Shown one piece after another: positions 49,205 through 61,999 of a stretch of DNA of 64,000 nucleotides. Each line of letters starts with the position of its first letter. Within the stretch, counting starts at the first letter, position 1. The DNA is from Stegostoma tigrinum. Taxonomy: Eukaryota. The notes beneath the pieces were generated by a model. It did not search any database, was not told where the DNA came from, and worked only from the letters and a program-made list of their open reading frames with translations. Made by a program: the position numbers and the translations under genes. The stretch is taken from the NCBI RefSeq assembly GCF_030684315.1, contig NC_081377.1, forward strand, positions 10,664,001 to 10,728,000, read 5' to 3'.

Positions 49205-51545
49205 GCAGACCCCTTTTGCTCAAATCCAACACTCTCCCTCCACCTGGAACCCTGCCTCTGGCCTCTTACCTGCTCTCAATCTTTTCATTGAGAACTGTCA
49301 ATGTGACGTTAATTGCCTCAGTTTCGCTACCTCGCTCACCAAATCCAATCTATCTCCCACCAGACTGACTGCAGTCAGCGCACTCTGATCTAACCCTGAC
49401 TTTATCATTAGGCCTGCCGATAAGGGTGGTGCTGTTGTAGTCTGGCATACTGACCTCTACCTTGCAGAGGCTGAGTGCCAACTCTCACATACGTCCTCCT
49501 ACCTTCCCCTGGATCATGACCTCACCATAGCATACCAGGCCACTGTGTCTACTGCAGTTACTGATTTCATTTCATCTGGTGATCTCCCCTACTCCAATTC
49601 CAAGCTAATAGTCTCCAAGTCCCACACAGCTTGCTTCTACCTCCTGCCAAAAATCCACAAACAGGACAGTCCGGGCATACCCATTGTTTCAGTCTGTTCG
49701 TGCCCCACAGAACTCATCTCTTCCTACTTTCTCCAATCCCGACTAACATTCATCTATGGTTTATCTGACGCCTTACGCCAGTTTCAAAACTCTAGCATCC
49801 TTCTCTTTACCATGGACATGAATCTCTTTACACATCTATTCCCCACCAGGAGGGTCATAGAGGTCTCTGCTTCTTCCTGGAGCAAAGACCTAAGCCATCC
49901 CTATACACCACCACCTTCCTCCTCTTGGCTGAGCTTATCCTCACCCTCGATAACTTCTCTCTCAACTCCTCTCATTTTCTTCAGGTAAGAGGGGTTGCTA
50001 TGGGTACCCTCATGGGCCCTAGTTATGCCTGTCCCTTCATGGGATAGGTGGAATATTCCTTGTTCCAGTCCTATTCCAGCCCCCACCCACAAGGCTTTCT
50101 CCAATACATCGATGATATCATCTATGCTGCTTCCCTCTCTCATCTAGAATTTGAAAACTTCATCAATTTCGCCTCCAATTTCCACCCAGGCCTCACTTTC
50201 ACCAGGTCTATCTCTGACTCCTGCCTTCCCTTCCTCGATATTTCTGTTTCCATTTCTGGGGATAGACTGGCCACTAAAAGACTGCCACAGCTACCTGGAC
50301 CATACTTCCTCACACCCTGCTTCCTGTAAGGACTCCATCCCATTCTCTCAGTTCCTCTGTCTCCATCACATCTGTACAGATGAGGCCAACTTCCACAAGG
50401 GAGCCTCAGAAATGTTCACATTCTCCCTCACCCACGGATTCCCCAGCTCCATTGTCAACAGGGCCCTCAACCGGGTCCGATCTATCTCCCACTCTTCCAC
50501 CCTCACCCCTTCTTTTCCCTTCTGCAATAGTGATATGGTTCCCCTTATCCTCACCTACCATCCCACCAGCATCCACATCCAAAAGATCATCAGGCGCAAT
50601 TTCCACCACCTCCAGTGAGATGCCACTATCAGACATGTATTCCCCTCCCCTCCCTGTCCACCTTCTGCAGGGACCATTCCTTCTGGGACACCCTGGTCCA
50701 CATTTCCTTCACTCCCAACACCTCCCCACACTCCAGTGGCACCTTCCCCTATAACCGGAGATAATGCAACACCTGCCCATTTATCTCCTCCCTCCCCAGT
50801 ATCCAAGGGCCCACACATACCTTCCAGGTGAAGCAATACTTCACCAGCACTTCCCAGAATCTAGTTTAGCGCATTCGCTGCTCACAATGTGCTCTCCCCT
50901 ACATTGGGAAAACGAAGCACAGACTTGATGCCCGCTTCGCAGAACATCCACGTTCTGCCCACAAAAAAGACCCTGAACTACCTGTTGATTGCCAATTTAA
51001 CACACCACCCTGTTCCCTGGCCAACATCTCTGTCTCTGGCTTGCTGCAGTATTTCAGGGAAGCCCAACGCAAGCTGGAGGAACAACACCTCATTTTCCGC
51101 TCAGGGACCCTACAGCCCCCCGCAGTCAATATTGAGTTCAATCATTTTAGGGCCTAAACTTTCCCTTGTCTCAGGCTACCCCACACACCAGGTCTTGTTA
51201 CCACATAGCCTGCCACTACACACCCCTTGTTGTTAGTCACTCACAGTCCCCATTAGCAACTATTCACCCTCCCAGCCTGACCGTTAGCGGCTCCTTTGTC
51301 TGTCCAACTGCCTTTCTCTCTCTTTGGGCTCTATCCTATTGTTTACTCCCTATCCCACCCACCTCCCTATTTTCTGCATATAAACTGATGTATTCCCACC
51401 CACCATCAGTTCTGAGGAAGGGTCACTGGACCTGAAACGTTAACTCTGTTTTCTCCTTCACAGATGCTGCCAGACCTGCTGAGCTTTTCCAGCAACTTTG
51501 TTTTTGTTCCTGATTTACAGTATCCGCAGTTCTTTCATTTTTTTT
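49205..51545 (+). mobile_element. 5'-truncated Penelope-like retroelement (probably Neptune clade), pseudogenised
   Basis: IIRPADKGGAVVV, FYLLPKIHK, LFTMD, GVAMGT.MGPSYA, FLQYIDDI, LPFLDI, GTFP..CNTCPF (Zn-finger linker), NLV..IRCSQC..YIGKTKHRL..RFAEH..EQHLIFRSGTLQP. Many stops and frameshifts. Confidence 0.92.
51407..51447 (+). ncRNA. Minimal type I hammerhead ribozyme motif in the PLE 3' terminus
   Basis: AGUU-CUGAGGA-A-[GGGUC ACUG GACCU]-GAAAC-GUU-AACU, with a 4-bp stem I, 5-bp stem II and palindromic AACGUU stem III. Confidence 0.75.
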
Positions 51546-51687
51546 AATAAAACAAAAATGGTGAATGTTGAAGGTTAGAAACAAAGAAGCAGATTGCTGA
51601 TGACATTCAACAACTCTGGCAGTCATCTGTGGAGAGAAGGCAGAGTTAATATTTTGAGTCAATGACTATTCTTTGGTTTTGTGTCTA

Positions 51688-52214
51688 CGTGTGTGTGTGT
51701 GTGTGTGTTCGTTAAAGTCAGCATGCAAGTAAATGTTTATGTTTGTGTGCGTGTGTGTTTGTGTGAGCATCTGTGTGTTTCCGTNNNNNNNNNNNNNNNN
51801 NNNNNNNNNNNNNNNNNNNNNNNNNNNNNNNNNNNNNNNNNNNNNNNNNNNNNNNNNNNNNNNNNNNNNNNNNNNNNNNNNNNNNNNNNNNNNNNNNNNN
51901 NNNNNNNNNNNNNNNNNNNNNNNNNTGTGTATTTGGGTGTGTGTGTGTGAGTGGGTATGGGTGTGCATATGTGTGCGTGTGCATGTGTGAGTGTGTGTGA
52001 GTGTGTGTGTGTGGGGGGGTGGAGTAGAGAGTGTGTGTGTGGTAGAGAGACAGTGTGTGAGTATGTGTGTGTGTCTGTGGGTGTGTGTGTGCGTGCGTGG
52101 GTGGGTGGGAATATGCATGTGTATGGGTGTCCCTTTGTGGGTGGGTGTATGAGTGGGTATGTGTGTGTGCGTGTGCCTATGTGGGTGGGTGTATAAGAGT
52201 CTGCGCGCGCGCGC

Positions 52215-52283
<69 letters not shown>
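51688..52283. repeat. Degenerate and perfect (TG)n array containing an assembly gap (N, 51785-51925)
   Basis: Direct read. Includes (CG)n at ~52204-52214 next to ~60 bp of pure (TG)n. Confidence 0.95.
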
Positions 52284-52284
<1 letters not shown>

Positions 52285-53078
52285 TGGTCCTCATTTCGAG
52301 CTTGCTGCTCAGATCACTTACTCCCAGATGTGGGTGAAGTAGCTTTGATTACGATTTGATTTCTTTTTCATTCTTCTAGTCTCTAGGGAATACAGGGTTT
52401 TTTATGCTCAATCTCCCTTCACAGGACAATTCCCCCATCTAAGGAGCTAGTTAAATCAATCTTCACACACTCTCGTAAGGCAAGTAGGTCCTTCCTTACG
52501 TAAGGAGTCCAAAACTAGACAGGCTACTCCAGGTCTGATCTTACTGTATGGCTCCCAATGAGCTAAAGCCTGTCAATTCCAAAGTACCCCATTTATTCTG
52601 ATACTGAGCTGTTTGATCATCAACAAATTCTTTCCCCATGCTAGTTTGTTATCTTTAATCTCAAGAATCTTAACTTTGTCTATAAAGCACACTTCAGCTC
52701 GTACATTTGAAAATCCAAATTTGCTGCATCTACCAGTTCCCATTCAACTTAATAGTCACATTCTCAAACTATAGACTGGTCAACCACTATTTCCCATTTA
52801 TTTATCTGTCCGGGTATTCCTTATTCATGTTACAATTTTCAAAAGTCCTTTTACCACATTCTCAACAATGGAATCTGGCAAACTGCCAACAACTGACATT
52901 AAGCTAACGGGCCTCTTGAGTACTGTTTTCTCTCTTCCTCATTTCTGAAATAGCAGGGTCATGTTTGCCATCTATCAACCAATGGAAATAGTTTCAGGAT
53001 TTCAGGAATTTTAGAAGATCTGACCAATGTATAATTTATCTCCATGGCCACTTCTTCTAAAATCCTCCAGCAAAGGTT

Positions 53079-53563
53079 AGAGGTAGTAGGAACTGCCGAT
53101 GCTGGGGTCTGAGATAACAATGTGTCGACCTGGATGAACACAGCAGGCCAAGCAGCATCAGAGGAGCAGGAAGGCTGACACTTCGGGTCTGTGCCCTTCT
53201 TCAGAAATGGGGAAGGGAAGGGGACTCTGAAATAAACAGAAAGATGGGGAGGCAATAATGGAAGGTGGATAGAGAAGCAGGTAGGTGGAGAGAAGATGGA
53301 CAGGTCAAGGGGGAGAGGGGATGAAGCCAGTAAAGGTGAGTGTAGGTAATTGACCAACTCCCATCCCAACTCCCTACCTACACTCTCCAGCTATCTGCTT
53401 CTGTATCCACCTTCCAAAATCGCCTCCCCCTCTCTCTATTTGTTTCAGAGCCCCCTTCCCCTTTCCCATTTCTGAAGAAGGGTCCAGACCCAAAAAGTCA
53501 GCTTTCCTGCTCCTTTGACGCTGCCTGTCCTGCTGTGTTCATCCAGCTCTGTATCTGGTTATC
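53079..53563. mobile_element. Older inverted PLE 3'-end pair inside a CR1 remnant
   Basis: Diverged arms, each with a CTGAAGAAGGG..CCC motif. Flanks cagcaaaggttag/cagtaaaggttgg (53068, 53566). Confidence 0.8.
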
Positions 53564-53759
53564 AACAGTAAAGGTTGGCAGGTTTGGGTTTTATTTTTAC
53601 ACATAGTCTCATCATATGCAGTATCATTTCTTCACTCATGCCAATTTCTTTAAATTCTTTATTGCTCAGCCAACAGTCTAATACTTGTAATGGGCAGGCT
53701 GTGAAATGAGGAAAGGTTGGAAATGAATGCTTTGGAGTTTAGAAGAGTAAATGGCCATT

Positions 53760-55520
53760 TAGAGTCATAGTTGTACAACATGCATCCATGCATCTTATTC
53801 TTCTGGATGAGCCTAACATGAGAGATCTTGCTGAAAGCCTGACTAGAATCCATGTAAACAATATCCACTGCTTTACCCTTATTGATCACTTTTGTCACCT
53901 CCTCGAAAAATTTAATCAAGTTAGTAAGACATGGCGTGCTGTGCATAAAGCCATGCTGACTGTCCCTAATTAGGCCATGCTTTTCCAAACATGCGTAAAT
54001 CCTATTCCGAAGAATTGTCTCCAATAGCTTCCCAACTACTGATGTGAGACTCACCGGTCTGTAGTTTCCTGGATTTTCCCTATCTCCCTTCTTGAGCAGA
54101 GGAACAACATTAGCTACGTCAGTCCTCCAGGACCTCTCTAGTGCTTAGTGAGAATAGAAACATCTTGGTCAAGGCCCCAGCAATGTCCACTCTTGCCTCT
54201 CTCAGGAACCTGGGGTAGATACCATTAGGCTCTGCGGACTTATACACCTTTATGCTCATCAACAGATCCAACATCACATCTCAAAATGCCCTAGCATATG
54301 AGCATGCTCCACACACAAACCTCACAATGCTCCATATCCTAATCTTGGATGAATACCAATGCAGAGTATTAATTTAGGGTCTCACCTACATCCTCCACCT
54401 CCAAGCACAAGTTCCCTCCTTTATCCTTGAGTAGTCTTACCTTCTGCCTAGTTATCCTCTTCTTTTTAATGTATCTATAGAATGCCTTGGAATTCTCTTT
54501 AACCCAACTTGCCAAAGTGATTTCATGGCTTCTTCTTGCTCTCCTAATTTCCTGCGTGAATACTTTCCTGCTTTTGTTATATCCCTCACAGGCCCTGTTC
54601 AATTTTAGCTTCCTAGATCTTACATATGCTTCTTTTCCCTTTTTGACTAAATTCACCAACTCCCTCACTATTCAAGTATCCCTTACCTTACTAATCTTAT
54701 TCTTCCTCCTTACAGGAACATGCTAGTCTTGAACTCTCCCCAGCAGGTCTTTAAACAGTTCCCACACGTCAAAACTGGATTTACCTGGTAACTGCTCATC
54801 CCAATTAACACTCTCTAGCTCCTCTCTAATTTTAACAATTTAGTACCTTCCTGCAAGGTCCCAACTTATCCTTGCTCCTAGAGGTCTTAAAAATTAAGGA
54901 GTTGTGATCACTGTTTCCATAATGTTCTCTCACTGAAAGGTAGGCCACCTGGTCAGGCTCATTAGCCATTACAAGTTCCAATATGGTCCCTCCTCAAATT
55001 GGACTATCCACATACTCTCTCAAGAAACCCTCTTGGATGCACTGAACAATTCTTCCCCAGCTAAGCCTCTAGCTTGAAGGGATCCCAGTCAATATCGGGG
55101 AACTTAAACTTATCCACTATGATAACCCTGTTTTTATTGCACCTTTCCATAATCTGCCTCCATATTTGTTCCTTAATGTCTCAGTAACTGTTGAAGGGCC
55201 GATATTATAATCCTTTCAGAGTGATTGCACCCATCTCAGTTTTGAACTCCACCCATATTGCCTCAGTGGATGAGTCCTCAGCATGTCCTCTCCAACTGCA
55301 GATGTAACATTCTCCTCAATTCATCATGCAACTCCTCCACCCCTTTCACCTTCCTCTCTATCTCGCCCGAAACCCTGGAATGTTGAGCAGCCAGCCATGT
55401 CCCTCTCTCAACCAAGTCTCTGTAAAGGCCACAGCATCATAGTCCCTTGCACTGATCCAGGCTCTAAGCTCATCTGCCTTACCTTTAATATTCCTTGTAT
55501 TGAAATAAGCTCACTTCAGT
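53760..55520 (-). mobile_element. CR1 LINE (endonuclease, linker, RT start) joined directly to the 3' tail
   Basis: VKENSKAFYRYIKKKR and SLTSVVGKLLETILRNRIY..DSQHGF..CLTNLIKFFEEVT..AVDIVYMD, then tail caactatgactct. Confidence 0.88.
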
Positions 55521-57279
55521 GCTATAATGCTCATTTAACTCTCTCTGCCTGTCTTCTTTCTGATTTACTGGTCTTAACATATACCACTGTACGGTGTTTT
55601 TGAAACTGACATTGGTAGACGTTTAGTCTCTCAGGGAATCAAGGTAAAGGTGGGGTGAGCAGGAAAATGGAATTGAAGGAAAAAAATTATTGTAGAAGGT
55701 AATGGTTCTGAAAGGGTTAAGGGTGGAGACTGCATTCAGCTCCACCTAATCTGCTGACATCCTGGGTGGAGAATCGGGGAGTACACCTCAAGATTCCAAT
55801 GTTGTCAGTCGTGTCGACTCCGGCTCCTGATAGCCTTTCACAGAACAGTGAGAATGGGGGCAAGGTCATATCTTGAGCTAATAAGCAAATACTAGTTTTT
55901 CACAACTTTTAATTCATCTCCTAAATAGCACTGGAAGTAGGGAATATGTTAAATAAATCCTCAAGAGCTGACGAATAATACAATTTTGTATTGAGCTAAT
56001 TTGGTGTTTCTCACGTTTTCGCTCTGCAGCACTTCTATTGCTTATCATTTCTGTGGAGACAATAGAATGAGAAATGTTACTGAGCTTCCTGGTGTAGCTA
56101 TGCACAGTATTCACAGGCTCAGTTTTCAGTAGTGATTAAAAACTGGAGGGAGCAGATTACACCCCCATAAAACACCCTGACTAACTCTAACTAGCCAATG
56201 TAAATCACACTTAGTACTACCATGCAATAAAACACATGTAGTTGTTAAGTCAAGCGTCTTTTCTCATTAAGACTCATGATAGGTTTGTTCTCTATCACTA
56301 TTAACCAAATAGGCTGCTAGATCCAGTATTAAAAAGGATATTGGTGACAATGTCCTAAACATAAACTGGAAGTAGCTGCTTTCACAAATCTATGATAGAT
56401 ATCAACTGCAATCATATTGTATGAAGCAGAAGGCTCAATGGACTATATTATTTACCTTTGCTCCTAATTCTTTTGTCTTTATTTTCACAAACACTGTCTT
56501 CTACTTCCTTCCCAGTGATGCAGTTGTAATATAGGGCTCCAATCTGTTGCTTCCAGCTTTTCATCACTATTTACAACTGTGCCCAATGAATATTGTGCAG
56601 AGTTACATCAGTAAGCTCGGTAACATTCCTCATTCCATTATCTCCATCGTATTATCTCTTAGAAATCGTAAACAAAAGAAGTATTGTAGAGTGAAAATGT
56701 GAGAAAGGCCAAGTTAGGACAATTCAAAAATTTGGTAGTCCTCAGTCTTTGAAGACTTATCCAACATATTCCCCACTTCCAGTGCAATTTAGGAAAGATT
56801 TTAATTGAATGCAAAACCATCATTTGCTCAATGACTCCTAATAAGAGCCTTCCCCACCCCTACATTCTTGGCTAGAGCCACAGATTTTATGTCCTGCCAA
56901 AGTAAAAGTACTTCAGGATCATAATGTGAGGATATGCCCTATTCTTCCAAGAATATCAATGATGCTCAGGAGCCTACTCCAGGAGGAGGGAGAACCTGAA
57001 TATTTGGTAGCCTGGTTGTCAAACCCCACACCAAAGAACACAAGGCTGGCAGTATGCAGTTTACAGTCAGTTCAGTAAAATCTGGACAAATGCCAAATTT
57101 TATTCATTTTCAGATAAGAGGATTAGGATGGACTGACTATAGGAGCAAATTCTCACATTCTGTTCACTTTATTTGAACTGTCAACAACTTTTCTCCACCA
57201 GCACTCTACTCCAAATGCCCCACAACCACCCACCCCAAACAAAAGCATAAATGCTGTCCCCTCTACACTCCACTTCAGC

Positions 57280-57376
57280 TGTGGTGAAGAGTTATCTAGA
57301 CTCGAAACATTAACTTGCTGTTTCTCAATGTATACTGTCCGAGCCACTGTGATCCCCAGCATTTGTTGTTTTCAGC
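57280..57376 (+). mobile_element. Decayed PLE terminus
   Basis: gtggtgaagagttatctagactcgaaacatt is a hammerhead remnant with a GAGT..ACTC stem II. Confidence 0.55.
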
Positions 57377-57939
57377 TCAGGGTTGACTGACAGTTTAGCC
57401 CACTAACCAGGACAAGTTACATGTTTTGTATTTTCTGTATTATGACAATGGACTGAATTAAAAGTGAAGTCAGATTAGATTTACTTTTACCTTGGCACAC
57501 AGAAGAAGACCCATATTGAAGGGAGTATCAGTGGAATATTGCTGGGTGTTTTTAATTACAAAGACAAAATGTTATCCTTTCATTAAAAAACACACTACTG
57601 TAGTTTTAAAGAATAATATTACAGCTTATTGATGCCTGGCATGCATAAACAGATGGTGCTGATTGTAAGGACACCAGCAGTAAAGGGGCGCCATCTGCTC
57701 AGACAAGAGTAATGATGTTCATGTGAAAGTCGAGAAATGATAGGGATTTGTAACAGAATTTGAGCACAGCAGAGATACAAGAGCATTTGAAGGGAGGGGG
57801 TCTATACAAAAATGAAAATGTGCAATGAGCCCTCCTCTGCTGATAGGAGATGCAAGTTGGAAAGTTTATAAAATAGATAATCACAATGCTTCAGTGGGAA
57901 GCATCTCAGAACTCTCCCCCCAACCGCCCCCCCAACCCC

Positions 57940-58676
57940 CTCTAATGAAGGGTCCGGGCCCGAAACGTTAGCCCCCGTGTTCGTAAGATGCTGCTTGGCC
58001 TGCTGTGTTCATCCTGCTCCGCACTTTGTTATCTCTTAACATAGAACAGTACAGCACAACAATAGGTTGTATAATAGGGGAGGGGGAGGTGGGGGAAGGG
58101 TTCTGAGATGGGTGGGGAGAGACAGGGAGGTGGATCGGGGATGGATGGAGAGGGGGTTGGGTGGAGAGGAGAGGCGAGTATAAGTGGAGCCCAATGGTAT
58201 CAATGTGGATTTCACAAGCTTCAAATTCTCCCCTCCCCGGACTGCATCTCAAAACCAGCCCAGCTCATCCCCTACCCCACTGCTTCACAAAACCAGCCTA
58301 GCTCATCCCCACCTCCCTAACCTGTTCTTCTTCTCACCCATCCTCTCCTCCTACCTCAAGCCGCACCTCCATTTCCTACCTACTAACCTGATCCCGCCCC
58401 CTTGACCTGTCTGTCCTCGCTGGACTGACCTATCCCCTCCCTACCTCCCCACCTATACTCTCCTCTCCACCTATCTTTTCCTCTATCCATCTTCAATCTG
58501 CCTCCCTCTCTCCCTATTTATTTCAGAACCATCTCCCCATCCCCCTTTTCTGATGAAGGGTCTGGGCCCGAAATGTCAGCTTTTGTGCTCCTGAGATGCT
58601 GCTTGGCCTGCTGTGTTCATTCAGCTTCACACTTTGTTATCTTGGATTCTCCAGCATCTACAGTTCCCATTATCTA
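57940..58676 (+). mobile_element. Complex PLE insertion: direct terminus, inverted fragment, then 3' end
   Basis: Hammerhead remnants at 57943 and 58550, antisense 3'UTR piece 58072-58181, and GIY-YIG end PNGINVDFTSFK. Confidence 0.8.
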
Positions 58677-58724
58677 TGGTGAATACAGGAGGAGCTTTTG
58701 ACCCTTTGAGCCTGCTTCACCATG

Positions 58725-60690
58725 AGAACATTTAGAAGTAGGAGCAGGAGTTGGCCATCTGGCCTCTCAAGCCTGCCCCGCCATTTAATAAGATCATGGC
58801 TGATCTATTTGAGACTCAGCTCCATTTACCGGCCCACTCACCATACTCCTTAATTTCTTTACTGTTCAAAAATTTATCTAGCCTTGCCTTAAAAACATTC
58901 AGTGAGGTAGCTTCAATCACTTCACTGGGCAGGGAGTTTCACAGATTCACAAGCCTTTGGGTTGAAGAAGTTCCTCCTGGCCTCAGTCCTACATCCGCTT
59001 CCCTTTACTTTGAGGCGATACCCTCTAGCCCTAGTTTCACCTGCTAGTGGAAACAACCTGCTGCCTCCACCTTATCTATTCCCTTCATAATCTGATATGT
59101 TTCTGTAAGATCTCCACTCATTTTTCTCAATTCCAATGAGTATAATCTCAGTCTACTCAGTCTCTCCTCATAATCCAACCCTCTCATCTCTGGAATCAAC
59201 CAAGTGAATCTCCTCTGTACCCCTTCAGTGCTAGTATATCTCTTCTCAAGTAAGGAGACCAAAACTGCAAACAGTACTCCAGGTGTGACCTCACCAGGAC
59301 CCTATACAGCTGCAGCATAGCCTCCCTGTTTTAAAACTCCCTCCCTCTAGCAATCACAGACAAAATTCCATTTGCCTTTTTAATTACCTGCTGTACCTGC
59401 AATCCTACTTTTAGTGACTCATGGACAAGGACACCCAAGCCCCTCTGCACAGCAGCGTGGTTCAATTTTTTACCATTTAAAACATATTCCATTTTGCTGT
59501 TCTTCCCAACAAAATAGATAAACTCACACTTATCAACATCTACCAGACCTTTGCCTCATCACTTAGGCTATCTCTATCCCTCTGCAGACTTTCAGTGTCT
59601 TCTGCTCTACCACTGATCTTAGTGTCATCTGCAAATTCTGACACACCACACTTAGTCCCCAACTCCAAACCATCTATGTAAATTGTAAACAATTATGGTC
59701 CCAACACTGATCCCTGAGGCACACAACTAGCCACTGGCCGCCAATCAGAAAAAAACCCATTTAGCCCTACCCTTTGCTTTCTACTGGTCAGCCAATCCTC
59801 TACCCATGCCAATATATTATCTGTAATCCCGTGCAACTTCATTTTATGTAGCAGTCTTTGGTGTGACACCATGTCAAATGCCTGATTTGACATAGCTTGC
59901 TCCCTCGTTGGTTCCATTACATTTTGTTCAAGGAAATTATCATGGATCCATTCTATGAACCCCTCCTCAAGGCTACCATGACCAACCTGGTTTGATATGT
60001 AGATTAAAATCCCCCATGATAATTGCTGTACCATTTTTACATACATTAGCTATTTCTATGTTTATTGCCCACCCCACCATGATGTCATTATTTGGTGGGC
60101 TGTGGACCACACCTATCAGTGACTTCTTCTCCCTGCTTTCTACTCAAATGGATTCAACCTTTTGTTCAGTAGAACCTATATCATCTCTCACTATTGCCCT
60201 GATATCATCCTTAAAAAAACAGAGCAACACCACCTTGCTTACCTTCCTGTCTGTCCTTCCAAACAGTTTGATGCCCCTGGATATTTAACTCCCAGTCATG
60301 ACCATCTCTCTGTAATGGCCACTAAATCATACCCATTTGCCATGATTTGCACTGTCAACTCATCCACCTTGTTTCGAAAGCTCCAAGCATTCAGATAAAA
60401 TGCCCTTATGCCAGTTTTTGCACCTTCCTTTTGGGTCCTATTGCATCTATTAGTAACAGCTCTTGAGTTCTCCTTCCCTTTAACTTTATTTTCCTAATTT
60501 TCAAAGGAGTTGAAGCTTCCTCACCACCTGCCAACTTGCTGCTTTGCCTTACATTAATTGTTATTGTCCCTCTCAGCTCACTCCTCGCTCCCCACCTACT
60601 AACTCGTTTAAAGTCCAATTAACCACCCTATTTACCCTTTTCGCCAGAACACTGAACCCGGCCCTCTTCAGGTGGCGTCCATCCCACCAT
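58725..60690 (-). mobile_element. CR1/HER1 LINE with internal deletion
   Basis: FLEQNVMEPTREQA is fused to AFDMVSHQRLLHK..WVEDWL..RKQRVG..VPQGSVLGP, then EFADDTK and EGVQRRFT..YEERLSRL. Confidence 0.88.
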
Positions 60691-61024
60691 TCAACTAGTT
60701 CATGTCTGATCTTCTCTCCCGATGCCATTTTGCCATACTATCCCCATATTACTTGGCACCTTTAATATGTAGACACTATCAACCTCTGTCTTGACCGTGC
60801 TTAATGACTGTGCAGCTGCAGTCCAATTCCAAAGATTCACCAACCTCCCAGTGAAGAAATTCACCTTTGTTTCAGAAGTAAATGACTTGCTTATTTTTCT
60901 AAAGCTATATCACGTGTTTCTTGGACACCCTATTTAGCAGAAATATTTTTTCCTGCGTTTAGCTTTGATGTGTCCTGTAAGAATTTTAGATGAGGCAATG
61001 AGCTCACAATGCAAAAGGAAGAGC

Positions 61025-61802
61025 ATGGTGGCTTATTGGTTAGCACTACTACCTCACAATGTTACAGACCTGGATTCAATTCTAGCCTTGGGTAACTGTC
61101 TGTGTGGAGTTTTCACATTCACCCTGTATCTGCGTGGGGGTACTCTGGTTGCCTCCCAAAAGAAGAGATCTTTTCTTGCAAACAGTTTTTACAATATGAA
61201 ATGCAATGATATTCATTCTATTGAAGAAAATGGAATCACAATAAATGAGAAGGAATTGCATAAATGACTGCAGTAGAAAAATATTGGAACCTGTTTGGAA
61301 ACAGCAAAGAAGTCTTTTAATAATAACTGGTAGTCAGCATTACCACTGTCATTTATTTTATGAAAAACAAAAGAACTGCGAATGCTGTAAATCAGGAACA
61401 AAAACAAAGTTGCTGGAAAAGTTCTGCAGGTCTGGCAGCATCTGTGAAGAAAAAAAGAGTTAATGTTTCGGGTCCGGTGACACTTCCTCAAAGTTCCTCA
61501 AATTTGTTTTTGTACTTTTATTTTATGCTTGATTTCAAAATCATCAATGCATGAATAGATTCATTCTCATTTAACAACAAACATAATGTTTGGAAACATA
61601 AGTGGTCTACAGTTAAATATAGAATCCCTACAGTGTGGAATGAGGCTATTGAACCCACTGAGTCTGCACCAACCCCCTGAAAAGCATCCCACCCATTCCT
61701 GTAATTCCACATCTCCCATCGCTGACCAACCTAACCTGTACATCCCTCGACACTATGGCCAATTTAGCATGGCCGTTCCACCTAACCTGCACATCTTTGG
61801 AC
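61025..61802. mobile_element. HE1 fragments (+61025-61155, -61620-61802) and a PLE terminus (-61363-61492)
   Basis: Matches to the other copies in this window. Confidence 0.7.
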
Positions 61803-61999
61803 ATTATTACTATTCACATTTTCGGATCTCCATTTGATTCTAACAAGTCTTTGCCTGAAAATGCAAGCAAGATGAAGAGCATTTCAGTCTTTCAAAACTG
61901 AGAGCAGATTTGGGCTCTTTACTTAAGTAATTGCTTTGGAGGTAATTTAGAGTCTTATAAGATTGATATCTGAAATAAGTGAGTTACTTTGTAAGGATT

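Noticed and set aside
51666-52359. HT/CV-rich ORFs
   Set aside because: Translations of (TG)n and of the N gap.
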